Part shown: in pieces, positions 34,744 to 48,769 of the stretch | Layout of the letters: every line of letters starts with the position of its first letter | How positions within the stretch are numbered: the first letter of the stretch is position 1 | Assembly: GCF_009914755.1 (NCBI RefSeq) | Contig: NC_060940.1 | Length of the DNA stretch: 64,000 nt | Source: the human T2T-CHM13v2.0 reference genome, Homo sapiens | Direction: 5' to 3' (one strand) | Program-made: the position numbers and the translations under genes | Notes under the pieces: generated by a model | Databases searched by the model: none | Seen by the model: only the letters and a program-made list of their open reading frames with translations | Told to the model about the DNA's origin: nothing

Positions 34744-37135
34744 TGACCCCTTCCCCTCCACTTCTGACCTTGGTCAGACCTTGGCTTTCCCTGAGTTCTA
34801 ACCAAGAACTTGGCCAAACTACTTCTCTGAAGTCAGCCAGGCCCGAGGGAAAAGCTGGACCGGTGAGGTGCAGGGTCGCAGGCCTCAGTGGCCATCCTGA
34901 CCTGTGCTGAGCCTGGGCCTGGAGGACACTGGTTTGGTCTTGGACTCCAGGAAGCTGGTGACGAAGCACCTGGCCTCGCGCTGGCCGAGCCTTCCCACCT
35001 GGCACGAAGCCACCACGCTGCGGAAGAAGCCCAGGCCCACGGCCTGGCGGGGCAGGTGTGGGCTGAGGTTGGTGGCCCAGGTCCCCGTGCCACGGCCCGC
35101 TTGTGCCCACCCCGGGGCCCCCTCCTACCTCCTGCACCTGCGCCCACAGGTGAGGGCTGATGTATGTGGCCAGGGGCCCCAGGGCCTGTAGCCCCTCCAG
35201 TGTCCAGGAGCCAGGGGGCCTTGTGCACAGAATGGGGCGCAGTGTTGGGTCCAGGGCAGGCCCCCCGCCCTGGGAGCCCCTGCCCCTCTGTGGACACCCA
35301 GCAGGCCGGAGGAGCACCCAGTAGGTGCTTGACCACCCAGCCCCCGACTGGCACCCACGAGAGGGATGCCCCCACCACAGCCAGCGGGACAGCACCCCAA
35401 CCCTCTGCCCCCTCGGCCGCAGGACCCAGTGAGGCTGAGGCCAGAGGTCAGATGTCAGTGGGCTGCGGACATCGGTGACCTCTTGGGCCGACCCCGGGCT
35501 GCCTCCCGTCTCGTCCCCGCCTCCTTGCCCAGCCCTGTGACCCCACCCACCCGAGCGAGGTCTTCCCACCGGCCAGCAGTGAGTTAAGGGCAATGCGCTG
35601 GGCAGCGGTCAGCCGGGGGCAGCGCCGCAGGTTCTCCAGCATGTGGGGGTCTGCGGCACCGATGCTGGACGCGTCCATGTCACACACCAGGGCCCCGAGC
35701 AGTTGCTGGTCGGAGGCGCTGAGTCGCAGGCGGGCCACCCCCTGCAGGGCCAGCAGGTCGGCGCCCAGCGGGAGGCTGCCTCCAATGCACCGGGCCCATC
35801 CTGCCCAGGCGCCCACCAGACAGGCCACAGCCACCCCCGACACGCTCCGGCCCACCCCACCCAGCGCCCACCAGGCAGGCCACAGCCGCACGCCACAGGG
35901 CGACCCTCTGGTCGGGTAGATGGCTCAGCAGCTCCACGTCCCCCTGGGCGGCACGGCGGATGAAGGCCCGGCAGTCGGCTTCCCGCACCTGGCTCAGGCT
36001 ACAGGTGAGTGTGAGGCTGTCAGGCCGACTGGGGGTGGGGCCGGACCTCCCAGCAGCCCTGAGATGCCCCTGGGGCTTTGAGGGCCCCCAGGACTCCTGT
36101 GGCCGGGTGGCCGGGCAGGGAGGGGCACTCACTTGTAGAAGAGCAGCAGGTTGGGTGGGTGGAGCGTGAAGTCGTCCTGGAGGCCGCACCGTGACGCCAG
36201 GTTGGCCAAGCAGCTGAGCTGGGCAGAACGGCGCTCCCTCGTGACTCTGGACTCGCCGTGGCAGCCCGTGGGCGCCCTTCCCCTCTGCGGAGGCCTCAGG
36301 CCCCAGTCCCCACCCACTTCTCGGCCCCGTTTCCCACATGTCGGGTCATCCCCACGGCCACCCGTGCCTGCCCCTCTGCCTGGAGGGGAACCCCGCACAG
36401 CAGAACAGGCCTCCAAACGGCCGCCCCCAGCCCCAAAGCCGCCTCCTCACTGACGGGGTGTTAAAGCACACGTCCGGATGCTGGGCGGGTGTAGACGATT
36501 GCCTGTCTCCACCAAGGAGGCCCCACGACGCTGGGGTTGGGGGTCTCCTCCAGCACAGCCCCTTGGCAGCTTCCCAAGTGGACTCTGGGTGGTGCCCCTC
36601 GGCTCCACCTGACAGCCTCCTCCTGGCATCGGGGCTCTGCCAGGCCCGGCCTCCACCCCCCACCCCATGCTCCCTGAGGCTCTGCTTGCCCCTCTCAGCC
36701 TATGCAGCACGCTGCCCAGCCTCAGCACCCCCTGCCTAGGCTTGTCTAGCCTGGCCTTTGGGGTCATTTCAAGGGTTTTTAGCCCTTTGCTCAGAGGGCC
36801 CTTTGCCTGATTTTATGTCAAGCAAGCCCTTGGGACGTACGGTGCATAAGGCGAGGGGCTCCGAGGCAGACAAGGACAGCCCCAGAGTTTTGTGCGGCCC
36901 TCACCAGGGTCTCATCCCTGAGGAGGAGCCCACCCAGGGTGGGGGCTCGGGGACCCTCCTGCAGCCTGAAAGGAGCCCCGGGGAATGGAGCAGGGGCTGC
37001 CAGCCTCCTGCAGCGCAAGGTCCTCCTGGCTGAGAGGGAGGGGAAGAAAAACTCTTACCCACAAACACCCAGAACGCCTGTGAGCTGGAACAGAATGTTC
37101 AGCCTGTTTGATTATCAAAAGAAAGGCCAAAAGCA

Positions 37136-38820
<1,685 letters not shown>

Positions 38821-39660
38821 AGGTCTTTCTGCCTTTCCCTTTTCCTGGACGGCCCCGCACAGGCCAGGATCCTGCAGCCCGTGCAGGGAGAAGCCTGTGG
38901 GCTGTAAAATCCGCTCTGGGGGCCCCGAGTATGCACCCCAAGTTGGGCACCATTCCCCGCGGAGGTGGGTGGGGAGGGGAGGGTGAACCCTCGTCCTCAC
39001 TGGGGACACAGTGGGGAGCATCTGCAGGCAAACTGGCTACAACGTCCTGGAATTAGATAAGCCTGGGCTGCACCCGAAAGTCACCCTGCCTCCTGGTGGA
39101 CCTCCCGTCCTGGGGGGCCGCAGAGACACACTCCAGGTGGCTCTGAAGTTGGTGGGTTGGCTTCCACACAGCCCTCCTGCTCTAGGGGGCCACACACCCT
39201 GTCCCGACCGTGGTCACACTGGGTTGTGCCCCAGCTCTCGCTTAGCCGTCCTTCGCCTCTCACACCTGAGCCCATGTGCCCTTCCCTATCCGGGCCCATC
39301 CCTCAGAGCCTGGCCTCGGTCACCCGCCCACCCACTCACACTCCTTCCCGCTCACCTGCCAGGCCTGGAGGGGGACCTGCAGCAAGGCCAGCCTCTGGAT
39401 TAGGGCTGAGAGCTGGTCCCGGGGCAGCTGGCTGGCCGGCTGGCACCAGAAGCCTTGCAGCAGGGAGCAGTTGGCACTGGGCAGAGAGGAGGAGACAGGG
39501 GCAGGGAGGGTCCAGGAGGGGTGGAAGCAGCTGAGGGGGGCTGCCTAGCAGAAGGGCGTGGGCCGCACGCAGCCTGCAGGACCAAGGTCTGACTCCACCG
39601 CTCCCCAGCACTGAAGGAGGGAGAGTGGGAGGTGGTGCCCCGGACACAGGCAAGGTCCTG

Positions 39661-40075
39661 CTTCACTCACTCACTCATTCACTCATTGACTCATTCATTC
39701 ATTCACTCACTCATTCACTCACTCACTCATTCACTCACTCATTCACTCACTCATTCACTCATTCATTCACACACTCATTTTTACTCATTCACTCATTTTC
39801 ACTCACTCATTCACTCATTCATTCACTCATTCACTCATTTTTACTCATTTTCACTCATTCACTCATTTTCACTCATTCACTCACTCTTTACTCATTTTAC
39901 TCATTCATTCACTCACTCATTTTTCACTTATTCATTCATTCACCCACTCACTCATTCACTCATTTTCACTCACTCGTTCACTCATTTTTCACTCATTCAT
40001 TCACTCATTCATTCGGTCACTCATTCACTCATTCACTCACTCACTCATTCATTCATTCTGTCTTTCATTCATTCT
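39661..40075. repeat. (TTCA/CTCA)n simple repeat
   Basis: About 415 bp of CATT/CACT tetramers, almost G-free. Confidence 0.97.
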
Positions 40076-41084
40076 CTCCAGAACACCCTGTGGGGCCAGG
40101 CTCTGGGCTGCACACAGAGCCTTATGTGTGGCCCCTGCCTAGACCCTGGGACAGCACTTCCTCCTGAGGCTGGGTCCCAGCCGGCCGGGAGCTCAGGTGG
40201 CTCCCTGAACATCCCCGCTGGCTGCTGAGGCACCTGAGGAGGAGACACCCCCACCCAGGGCTTTGGCACCTGCTGGGCAGCCCCGGGGAAGCCATCTCCC
40301 CAGCCTTCCTTGTGGTGTGAGTCTAATCCAGTCCAACACAGAGCGGGCCTTGTGCCACTCAGGACCCCAGCCCTGCCTCACAGACGCCCTGGTTAGTCAA
40401 CTGACCAGCCTGTCACTGTCACTAACTCTGAAGGATGGGGAGGAGGGCCGAGCCCAGCATGAGGTTCCAGGCAGTGCGGGGAACCAGAGTGTCCTCTGGG
40501 GTGGGCAGAGGCGGCAGGGCCTGACGGTTGAGGCCTCGGCAGTGGCTGAAGGACCCACACCCGGCTATGTAGATCCAAAGCTGGACACTGGACGCTGAGT
40601 CATCTCAGGGCCCCCCAAGGTGGAGCAAGAGATGACAGCCTCAGCGTGCAGACTGCTGGCGGCCACCCCCAGACCCCTCCCCATCCCCTCGTCTGACCCC
40701 TCCCCTGGCCTGACCAAGAAGCAGACCCCTACTGCAGGAGGGCTGCACTCACCTGGCCCACAGGTTGGCCCCGCTGGCATCCAGCCCTCCTGGGGAAAGA
40801 ACCTTGGCCTGGGGCCCAGAGCAGTGGGCAGCAAGGGACAGCAGGAGGGTGAGGCCTGAGCTCTGCAGGGCACCTGGAATAAGGTGGGCTGTGAGGGTCC
40901 CGGCGGGAGCAGGGGCCGGGGCATCCGGGTCCCAGGGTGGACCTGTGACCCCCACCATGGGGGTCTGCTTGAGGCCAGAGGACATGGAGGAACTTCTGGA
41001 GCCCCACAGCACTGGCCACCTGTGCACAGCCTGGGCCCAAGCGCAGGACGTGTCTGGTGGAGCATGCACAGGCGTGATGCTGTG

Positions 41085-41822
41085 GGTGCATGCAGGCACG
41101 CACATGTAGGTGACAGTGTGCACGTGTAAGTGACAGTGTGCACGGGTAGGTGACAGTATGCACAGGTATACAGCACAGGCATGAGGCTGTGGATGCGTGC
41201 GGGCACGCATGTGTAGGTGACAGTGTGCACATGTAGGTGACAGTGTGCACGGGTAGGTGACAGTGTGCACGGGTATACAGCACAGGCATGAGACTGTGGA
41301 TGCGTGCAGGCACGCATGTGTAGGTGACAGTGTGCACGTGTAGGTGACAGTGTGCACAGGTAGGTGACAGCTGTGTGCACGTGTAGGTGATGGTGTGCAC
41401 GGGTAGGTTACAGTGTGCATGGGTAGGTGACAGCTGTGTGCACGGGTAGGTGACAGCTGTGTGCACGGGTAGGTGACGGTGTGCACGGGTAGGTGACGGT
41501 GTGCACGGGTAGGTGACAGCTGTGTGCACGGGTAGGTGAAAGCTGTGTGCACGGGTAGGTGAAAGCTGTGTGCACAGGGAGGTGACAGTTGTGTGCACAG
41601 GGAGGTGACAGCTGTGTGCACGGGTAGGTGACAGTTATGTGCACGGGGAGGTGACAGCTGTGTACATGGGGAGGTGACGGTGTGCAGAGGTAGGTGACAG
41701 CTGTGTGCACGGGGAGGTGACAGCTGTGTGCACGGGTAGGTGAAAGCTGTGTGCACGGGTAGGTGAAAGCTGTGTGCATGGGTAGGTGACAGTGTGCACG
41801 GGTAGGTGACAGTTGTGTGCAT
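41085..41822. repeat. 20-23-bp minisatellite (GGTAGGTGACAG[CT]GTGTGCAC) in MSLNL intron 1
   Basis: About 30 units. It produces the spurious His/Cys/Thr-rich ORFs 40565..41921. Confidence 0.97.
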
Positions 41823-44800
41823 GACTCTGGCAGCGTGTGCGCATGTCCACCTGTGTTGCACATGTGTGAGATGGCAGGTGCATGTGTGTGAGCTCCTTCT
41901 ACCTCCCTCCAGACGCCCCATGGCTCTGTGTTCTCACAGTGGAGCCCTGAGACCCCTAAGGCAGCAGAGCTGTGGGGGCAGAAGCCACCTTCAAGGGCCC
42001 CGGCTGCTCAGCTCTGCAGTGGGGGTCACGGCAGGGCCTCCCAGCAGGAACTGGGAGCCCAGCCCATGTTCCTGCTTTGGAAACCCAGCCCAGGAAGGGG
42101 GTTTGGGTGCAGGGGAGCCCCCTTATCTTGCTGGCCCTGGGGAGACCACGTGGTGAAGTCTCTTCTCCGGCAGGCGTCAAGCAGGGGTTGCCACAGCCCA
42201 CACAGAGATCTGACCACGGCCTCCTGGGCTGCTGGGGCCCGGCCCACCCCTCTCAGGGAGGGTGAGGCATTGGGCAACCCTGGCCTCAGAGCCCAGCCCT
42301 GCCTGTGGCCGGACTGCCCGAGAGAACGCTGTCTCCACTCACCCCCACACCGTTTCCCCAGAAGCCATGTCCAGCTGCCTGGGCCAGGAGTGGCCCCCTC
42401 TAGCCAAACTTGCCTGCCCTGCCTCACCCTCCCAGGACCCCCATGCCTGCTGGGGAGGGCTGGGCTCACAGTGCCCTGGCAGCCCGACCCCCGTCCTGCT
42501 GCTGCTGGGCAGGGCCCACCTTCTCCTTCCTTGGCTTGGGACAGACCCTCGCTCAGGAGAATGGGGTGGCCAGGGCCCTGGGCACTCCCATGTCTACGGG
42601 ATGGCTTTGCCATGAGGGCCTGGCACTCTGGAGGCCCCCTTTCTGCATGGAGGTCTCGTCTCACCCACTCTGGGGCCCACGTCTGTGCGGCGGCGTGCAC
42701 TGGTCATCCTGGCTGAGACGTCCCAGGGCAGGAAGGTGCTGGGGCCAAGGGCAGTGGGTCCAGGACTAGCTGGAGAGGCGTGACAGAGGCGAGACACAGG
42801 TGAGACACACAGGTTGGCCCCGCACTGCCTCCCACCCCCTGGGGTGTGGAGAGGGAGGGTGCAGTCTAGGTTCACCCAGGGCAGCGGGGCCAGAGCTGCG
42901 CCTCTCCCACCTTCGAGGGGAAAGGATCCCATAAACAGTAAAAGGCAGGAGCAGGGAGCGGGAGCCGGGTGAAACCCTGGGGCCTTTCTTATTGCAGGTC
43001 GGGGCCTAGGGGACCCATGGGCTGCTGGGTCTCCAATGAACAGATTTCCAACAAACAGCGAGTCCCCCAGGCAGCCTCGTGCAGCCCTGGCTTCATCCCC
43101 ACACCCGGCAGCCCTGGCAGCTCCCTTTCCCTCTTTGAGCCCCAGCTGTTGGGCTCTTTCGCTGACATCCAGCCCCCAGTGGCAGCTGGGGTAGCCTCAA
43201 CCATGCTGGAAATGGAAGCTGCAAGGCCAGGGACCCTAGAGGAGTCCGGTACTGCTGTGGGTCACTGCCTCCTCCTGGAGCCAGCCTGATGGCTTTTGGG
43301 CACCTCTGGGCCTCCTGACTGTGGCCCAGGAGGGAGACAGGGAGGCTGCCCCATGCAGAGGCAAATGCAGAGGTTCAGGCCCAGCCACAGGTCCGGGACC
43401 GGCCCTGCGGGTGGGCTGGTGGTGGCTCCCGCCAGCGTTTCTCACCTGAGCAGAAACCCTGGGTGTGGTGGAGGGAGGTGCTGCCCAGGCTGTGGGGTGG
43501 CTGCTCCTGGCAGGGAGTTGTGGACCAGGTGATCCAGACGCAATCCCAGCCCGCCAAGTGCGTCAGCCGCTACCACTGAGCGCCCGGGTGCAGAGGCGGT
43601 GCAGGGCGGGGATGCCGGGGTCCCCGCTCACCTCCATGCCTGGCCTGGCAGGCGGCATGAGACTGCCTCGCCCCGCCCAGTCCCACTCCCACGGTGACGC
43701 CCGCCAGGCAGTCCTGTGGGGGAGGCCCGGGCTGTGCCAGGCGATGCACCGCGTCAGCCCCTGGGGACCTCAGGCACAATGGGCACCTACTCCCTTCCCC
43801 TAGAGCAAAGGCTGAGCTCACGGCTGGCAGCTGCCCAGCTCACACCCCTCCCCACCCACTGGGGCCCTGCTCTGCAGCGTCTGTGCCCCAGGGGTCATGT
43901 CGTGCGCCTGCACCTGAGTCTGCCGTGTTTGCTGGTGCCTGCGTGTGCACAGGTGCCTCTCGGGCCTCCTGGTCTGTGTGCCCGGGAGCACGGACACAGA
44001 TGCACCATGTGTGCCTCTGCGGGGACATCAGGCAGACGAGTACCCAATGCGGGGGCCAGGAATGGTGACGGCTGCGGCCATTCCGTGGGTGCCGCAGCTC
44101 AGAGGTGGGCAGGCAAGAGCACCCAAGTATGCACTGTCGGGCTCCACCAGGCAGGCCAGGGCAGGAGAAGACACAGGAGGGACTTCCCAGCCCACCTGCC
44201 AGGCTTCTCCCCTCACTGGGACAGGGTGCTGGGTGACCCAGGCTGAGCCCTGGCCTGGCCCACCTACCCCAGCTCTCATCTTGGGAGAGACTCAGCCCCT
44301 GCTTGGCAGGACCTGCAGCTCAGGTTCAGCTGTGGAACCACCACCCCCTGCACCACAGCTATGCTATGGGTGCCCAACAAGCCAGCTCCATGGCCAAGCT
44401 GAGACTTGACCCCCGATCTGGGTCTTCTGGAGGCTGACGGCAGGGGAACTGGTAGGTGACTGCTCCCCAGGCCTGCACAAGCCCACAGGAACCCAGGTGC
44501 CCCTTTGAGAGCTCTAGGCTGACAACGAGGCACGGGCACCATGAGGGACGGCGCTCAGGCCTGGCTTGTTGATGAGGGTCCGGCTCAGGTCAGGCCTTGA
44601 AGGCCCCTTGGCCGGCTGTCAGCTGGGCCAGCCCAGCTGGACACAGCGGCTCCAACAGCTGCTGTTGGGGCAGTGAGGTCGGCAGCCCCCAGTCTAGAGG
44701 GGTGGGGCCCCGTGGGGCAGGGTGGGGAGACTGTCCCAGCCAGAGAGGGGAGGCGTGCCTGGCCCTGACTTGGGCTGATTCAGACAAGGACCAGGAGGAG

Positions 44801-45070
44801 GCCTGGAGATAAGCCAGCCCTGGGGGAGGGGAGGCCGGGGCCAGGTGCCCGAGGGTGGACACGTCCCGGGGCTGGCCAGGGAGGAGCCTCGAGAGTGATG
44901 GGCGTGCTGGCCGGGAGGGCTTTGCTGCCGCACTCTGTTGGGGTGGCCGACTGGTGCTACTTGAGGGTTATGCGGTCCCTTCGGATCTGCACCAGCCCCT
45001 TCCTTTACAGATGAGGAAACTGAGTCATGGGAGCAGCAGCAGTGAGTCCAGGGCCTGTGGCCTCACCTCA

Positions 45071-45280
45071 GGGACTCTGGGGCTGGAACCCACGTCTCGG
45101 CTGAGGGCACGGTGGCAGCTGCCTCCAGTCGGGCCCCGGTGGGGACTCCGGGTCTGGAACCCGCGTCTCGGCTGAGGACACGGTGGCAGCTGCCTCCGGT
45201 CCGGGCCCCGGTGGGGACTCCGGGTCTGGAACCCGCATCTCGGCTGAGGGCACGGTGGCAGCTGCCTCTGGTCCAGGCCC
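45071..45280. repeat. ~71-bp tandem repeat, 3 copies
   Basis: GGGACTC..CTGGAACCC..TCTCGGCTGAGG..CACGGTGGCAGCTGCCTC at ~45071, 45142 and 45214. Confidence 0.9.
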
Positions 45281-45707
45281 TGCTGCTGTCACCGCTGGGG
45301 TCGTAACCAGGGTTTCAGGGCTGGCCCCGGAGCTGGACAGTGGCAGGCAGGGGCCAGGCGGACCTGAGACCAAGTGCTGGCCCATGAGATGCCCCTTCCA
45401 CAGAGCTCTGAGACTTGGGCTCTACGAAGATCCCTGGCTGGACCAGCTGGGTATTCCCATGGCTCTGGTTGTGGGGGCTGGGGGTTGTCCGGGGCCGGCC
45501 CAGGGTCTGTGCCCAGGCCAAAGCTGCACGGTGCTTGCTGTCTGCAGGAGAGGCCGATAGGAGCCTGGACCACTGCGTCTGTCCTGGGTCCTGCTGGGGC
45601 CTCAGGGCAGGGAAGAGAGCTAGGAAAGGTCTGGGTGGCCAGACCTGTCCCTTGGAAGCCCCACTTCGGACACGTTCACGGTCATCCTTGGAGCCAGTCA
45701 CTGAACA

Positions 45708-45713
45708 TTTATT
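45708..45713 (-). terminator. RPUSD1 poly(A) signal AATAAA
   Basis: TTTATT on the plus strand, about 950 nt past the RPUSD1 stop. Confidence 0.75.
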
Positions 45714-46660
45714 TGGAGTCCCTGGAGCCCTGCTGTAGCCAGGAGCCCAGGTTGTGGCATGGGGGACAGAGGAGGTGGGACCTGGCAGACCCACAGCTCC
45801 CAAGCTGGGGTCCCGGAGGCAGAGTGACAATGCATGGCTGTGTGGGAGCCAGGCAGGCGGTGACGTGGCAGAGCTGCCAGCAGGGGCCCAAGAGACTGCA
45901 GCAGGTTGGTGCTCACAGTGGATCTGAGGGATGGGCGTGCGTGGCAGGGCCTTGGCCATGGCCCCTGACCAACCCCTGTGCACCAAACACCACACTGAGC
46001 TCAGAATCTGGGCAGAGAGGGAACCACTGGTACAGTGAGGCCAAGGCACACGCAGCCGGGCCTGCAGACTCGAGCCCAGCAGGGACCATTAGGTCTCGGG
46101 AGGAGGCAGCTGAGGGCGACAGGATCTGCACAGAGCAGTGAGGGGCAGAGGACGCAGGGACCAGATGGGTCTCCCAGGCCAGGTGAGCCCAGAACGGCCC
46201 TTCCCAGCCCCTCTAGAGGGTAGGTTGGGGGCAGTAGCTCACCAGGCCCAGGAGCAGCCCATCCTGGAGGCAAAGCCTATCCCAAAACCTGGCCCTGCCT
46301 CTTCCTGAGGTGACCTTGAGTCCGTAAAACTGACGCCCCTGGGGTGACGCTTGAGAGCCGGAAGCTGTTCCAGGAGGAGGGAGGGGCCTCGGTTTCTCCC
46401 GGGGCATGTGGGCAGGAAGGCCCTCGGGATCCCGCATCAGTCCCACGGCCGCGGTGCGGTCGTCACCTGTGATCACGGCTGCCTGGCGCCCCCTGCCGGC
46501 CCCACCTCAGCCCTTCCTCGCAGGCCTGGCCGGGGCAACCCAGTGGGCCTGATGCTGCCTGGCACCTCGAGGCCCCAGAGCCAGTGAGCAGACGCTCGCT
46601 CGCCCATCTCCCTAGAGTCCCGCTGTGCAGCTGACACCCCCTGCCCCAGCCCCACGGCTC

Positions 46661-48448
46661 TCAGCTGTCCGGTTCCAGCGTCCACTCCGACAGCCACTGC
46701 AGGCAGGGGCCCCGCTGTGCCTCAGTCTCAGGGGGCTTGGTTGGGGGTGGAGGAGGCCGGCCGGGCCCAGGCAGGAGTGCGGAGGGGCTGCCTGGCCTGG
46801 GGCCCCTATCCTCGGGGTCAGGGTCGGGGGTGGCCCGTAAGGCCTGCACGAGCTGGTCCAGCGACTGCAGCAGTGTGTGGGGGCTCCAGCAGGCATCCAG
46901 GGAGGGCAGGAAGGGGTCAGGCGTGCAGACCTCCACACACTCGGTGTCCGTGGGGATGCGCAGGTAGAAAGCGTGCAGCATCATTCTGAACGGCCGGTCC
47001 TCCCGGCCCGAGACTTCTCCGTAGGTCAGGTCGCCCACCACGGGGTGGCCCAGGGCACTGCAGTGCACGCGCAGCTGGTGTGTCCGGCCTGCGGGATGAG
47101 GGCGGTGCCGGATCAAGCTGGGAGCGGGGCCGATCCACACCTATCTCCCTGACCAGGACCCACCTCCCGTCATGACCCCGCTGCAGTCTTGAAGCAGCCT
47201 CTTGGGGTGGAACTCTCCCTGTCCCCTGCCATGAGTGAGGATGACAGTATTTAGGACAGAAGATTGTGTTCAGGTCACCACTGGTGAGGACAGGGCCAGG
47301 GTGGTGCTCGGTCCTGGAGAATCTAGGCCAGCCAGACCCCCAAGGAATCAGTCAGGAGCCAGCAGGGACCCTGTGTCAGGTGAGAAGCTGAGAGGCTGCA
47401 GGGCGTGGAGTTAAGAACGCAGGAGTGCTTGTTGCCAGCTCTGCCCTGATGCTCAGGGTGGCCCAACATAAGCTTCGTGGCCCTGTGCCTCAGTTTCCCT
47501 TCTGTCACCACCAGGACACCGCCCACCCCAGACACACCCGTGAGCGGCTTCAGCAGCACTTTGGAGACAGGATCGCCTGCGTACAGCCCGTGTTCCAGAA
47601 CCACGAGATCTGTGAGGCTTGGCTTTGGGTTCTCACAACCTGGGGCGCAGAAGGCAGGTGTGAGGTTAGTGGGACTGACCCGGGGCCCAGGCCCACCCCA
47701 ACCCACGATGCCCGCCCGGTGGGTCCCTGCCTGCCCAGGCCCACCCCAACCCACGATGCCCGCCCGGTGGGTCCCTGCCTGCCACACCCTGCGAGCCCTC
47801 GATGCACATGGTGTGGGCCCGGCCCTCCGTGCTGTTCCTGCCAATGGCATGGCTGATGGTTACCCGGCTCTCCTGGATGTGCCCCCGCAGCTGCAGGAGA
47901 GGGAGAATCGCACGCAGTTCACGGGGCAGCCCAGTGCTGCCGGGGAGCCCACCTAACACCAAGCAACCACGTAGAGCGTGGTGGGAGGCTCTGAGCCAGG
48001 GCTGCCCAAGTGGGGTGGGAGTCCTGAGTCCCCACGCCCCACCCCAGGACTGACCAGGTCTTACCAATGCCAGGTAAGCCTTGGTCACGCGCCGCTCCTT
48101 GAAGCACCTGTACGCGCTGCCGGCGGCTGCCTTGTTTAGGGCCACGCACAGCGCCCCGCTGGTGGAGAAATCCAGCTGGTGGCAGAACCTGGAGTGGGAC
48201 AGAGTCCAGAGTCTGAGCCACTTTCCTCCACAGACGCCACCGTGGGGCTCCGGCCGCCCCCCCTACCTGAACCCGTAGCAGGTGTCAGGGTCGGCCAGCT
48301 CGGGAAAGCGGTACCGCAGCTGCTTCTGCAGGGTCAGAGTCTCCCGCCACGCCTTGCTGTCAATGCGAACGTCCCAGTGCTTGTTGACCACCAGGAAGTC
48401 GCGGCTCCGGTACACGATGGACAGGTTCTCCACGCTGCCTGGCTCCAT
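46661..48448 (-). CDS. RPUSD1: RNA pseudouridine synthase domain-containing 1 (RluA family), 312 aa
   Basis: Exons 48448-48267, 48188-48065, 47890-47788, 47639-47538, 47088-46661 = 939 nt. Motifs LVVNK, HQLD..TSG, KAYLAL, TGRTHQLRVH..GHPVVGDLTYG, MLHA. Confidence 0.97.
47683..47782. repeat. 48-bp tandem duplication in an RPUSD1 intron
   Basis: CCCAGGCCCACCCCAACCCACGATGCCCGCCCGGTGGGTCCCTGCCTG at 47686 and 47734. Confidence 0.95.
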
Positions 48449-48769
48449 GGCCGGCCTGCCGAGCCACGCGTGGGTGCGTGTGCTGTGAGCACGTGGTGCG
48501 CCCCCAGCCCAGCATACAGAGGTACCCGCACCGCCCCACCCGGGCTCCGGTGCGAAGCCACCGAGCCAGGTCCGCAGCCCTACTGTGCACCTGCATCCTC
48601 AGTCCCCGAGATCAGTCCCCAGGGCGTCAGCTGGGGAGTCAAGGAGTCAGCCTGCTCCGGGCTGACCTGAAGGGCCCTGCCTGACCTAAGCCTGGAGAAA
48701 GAGCCCGTTCCAAACCTGCCCCACAGATCCTCCCCACAGACCCTCCCCTCCAGGGGATGCACGTGAATG

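Noticed and set aside
39625-40228. His/Ser/Phe-rich ORFs
   Set aside because: Translation of the (TTCA/CTCA)n simple repeat.
40565-41921. His/Cys/Thr-rich ORFs resembling a metal-binding protein
   Set aside because: Translations of the 20-23-bp minisatellite. Only the last ~40 codons of ORF 40749..41921 are a real MSLNL exon.
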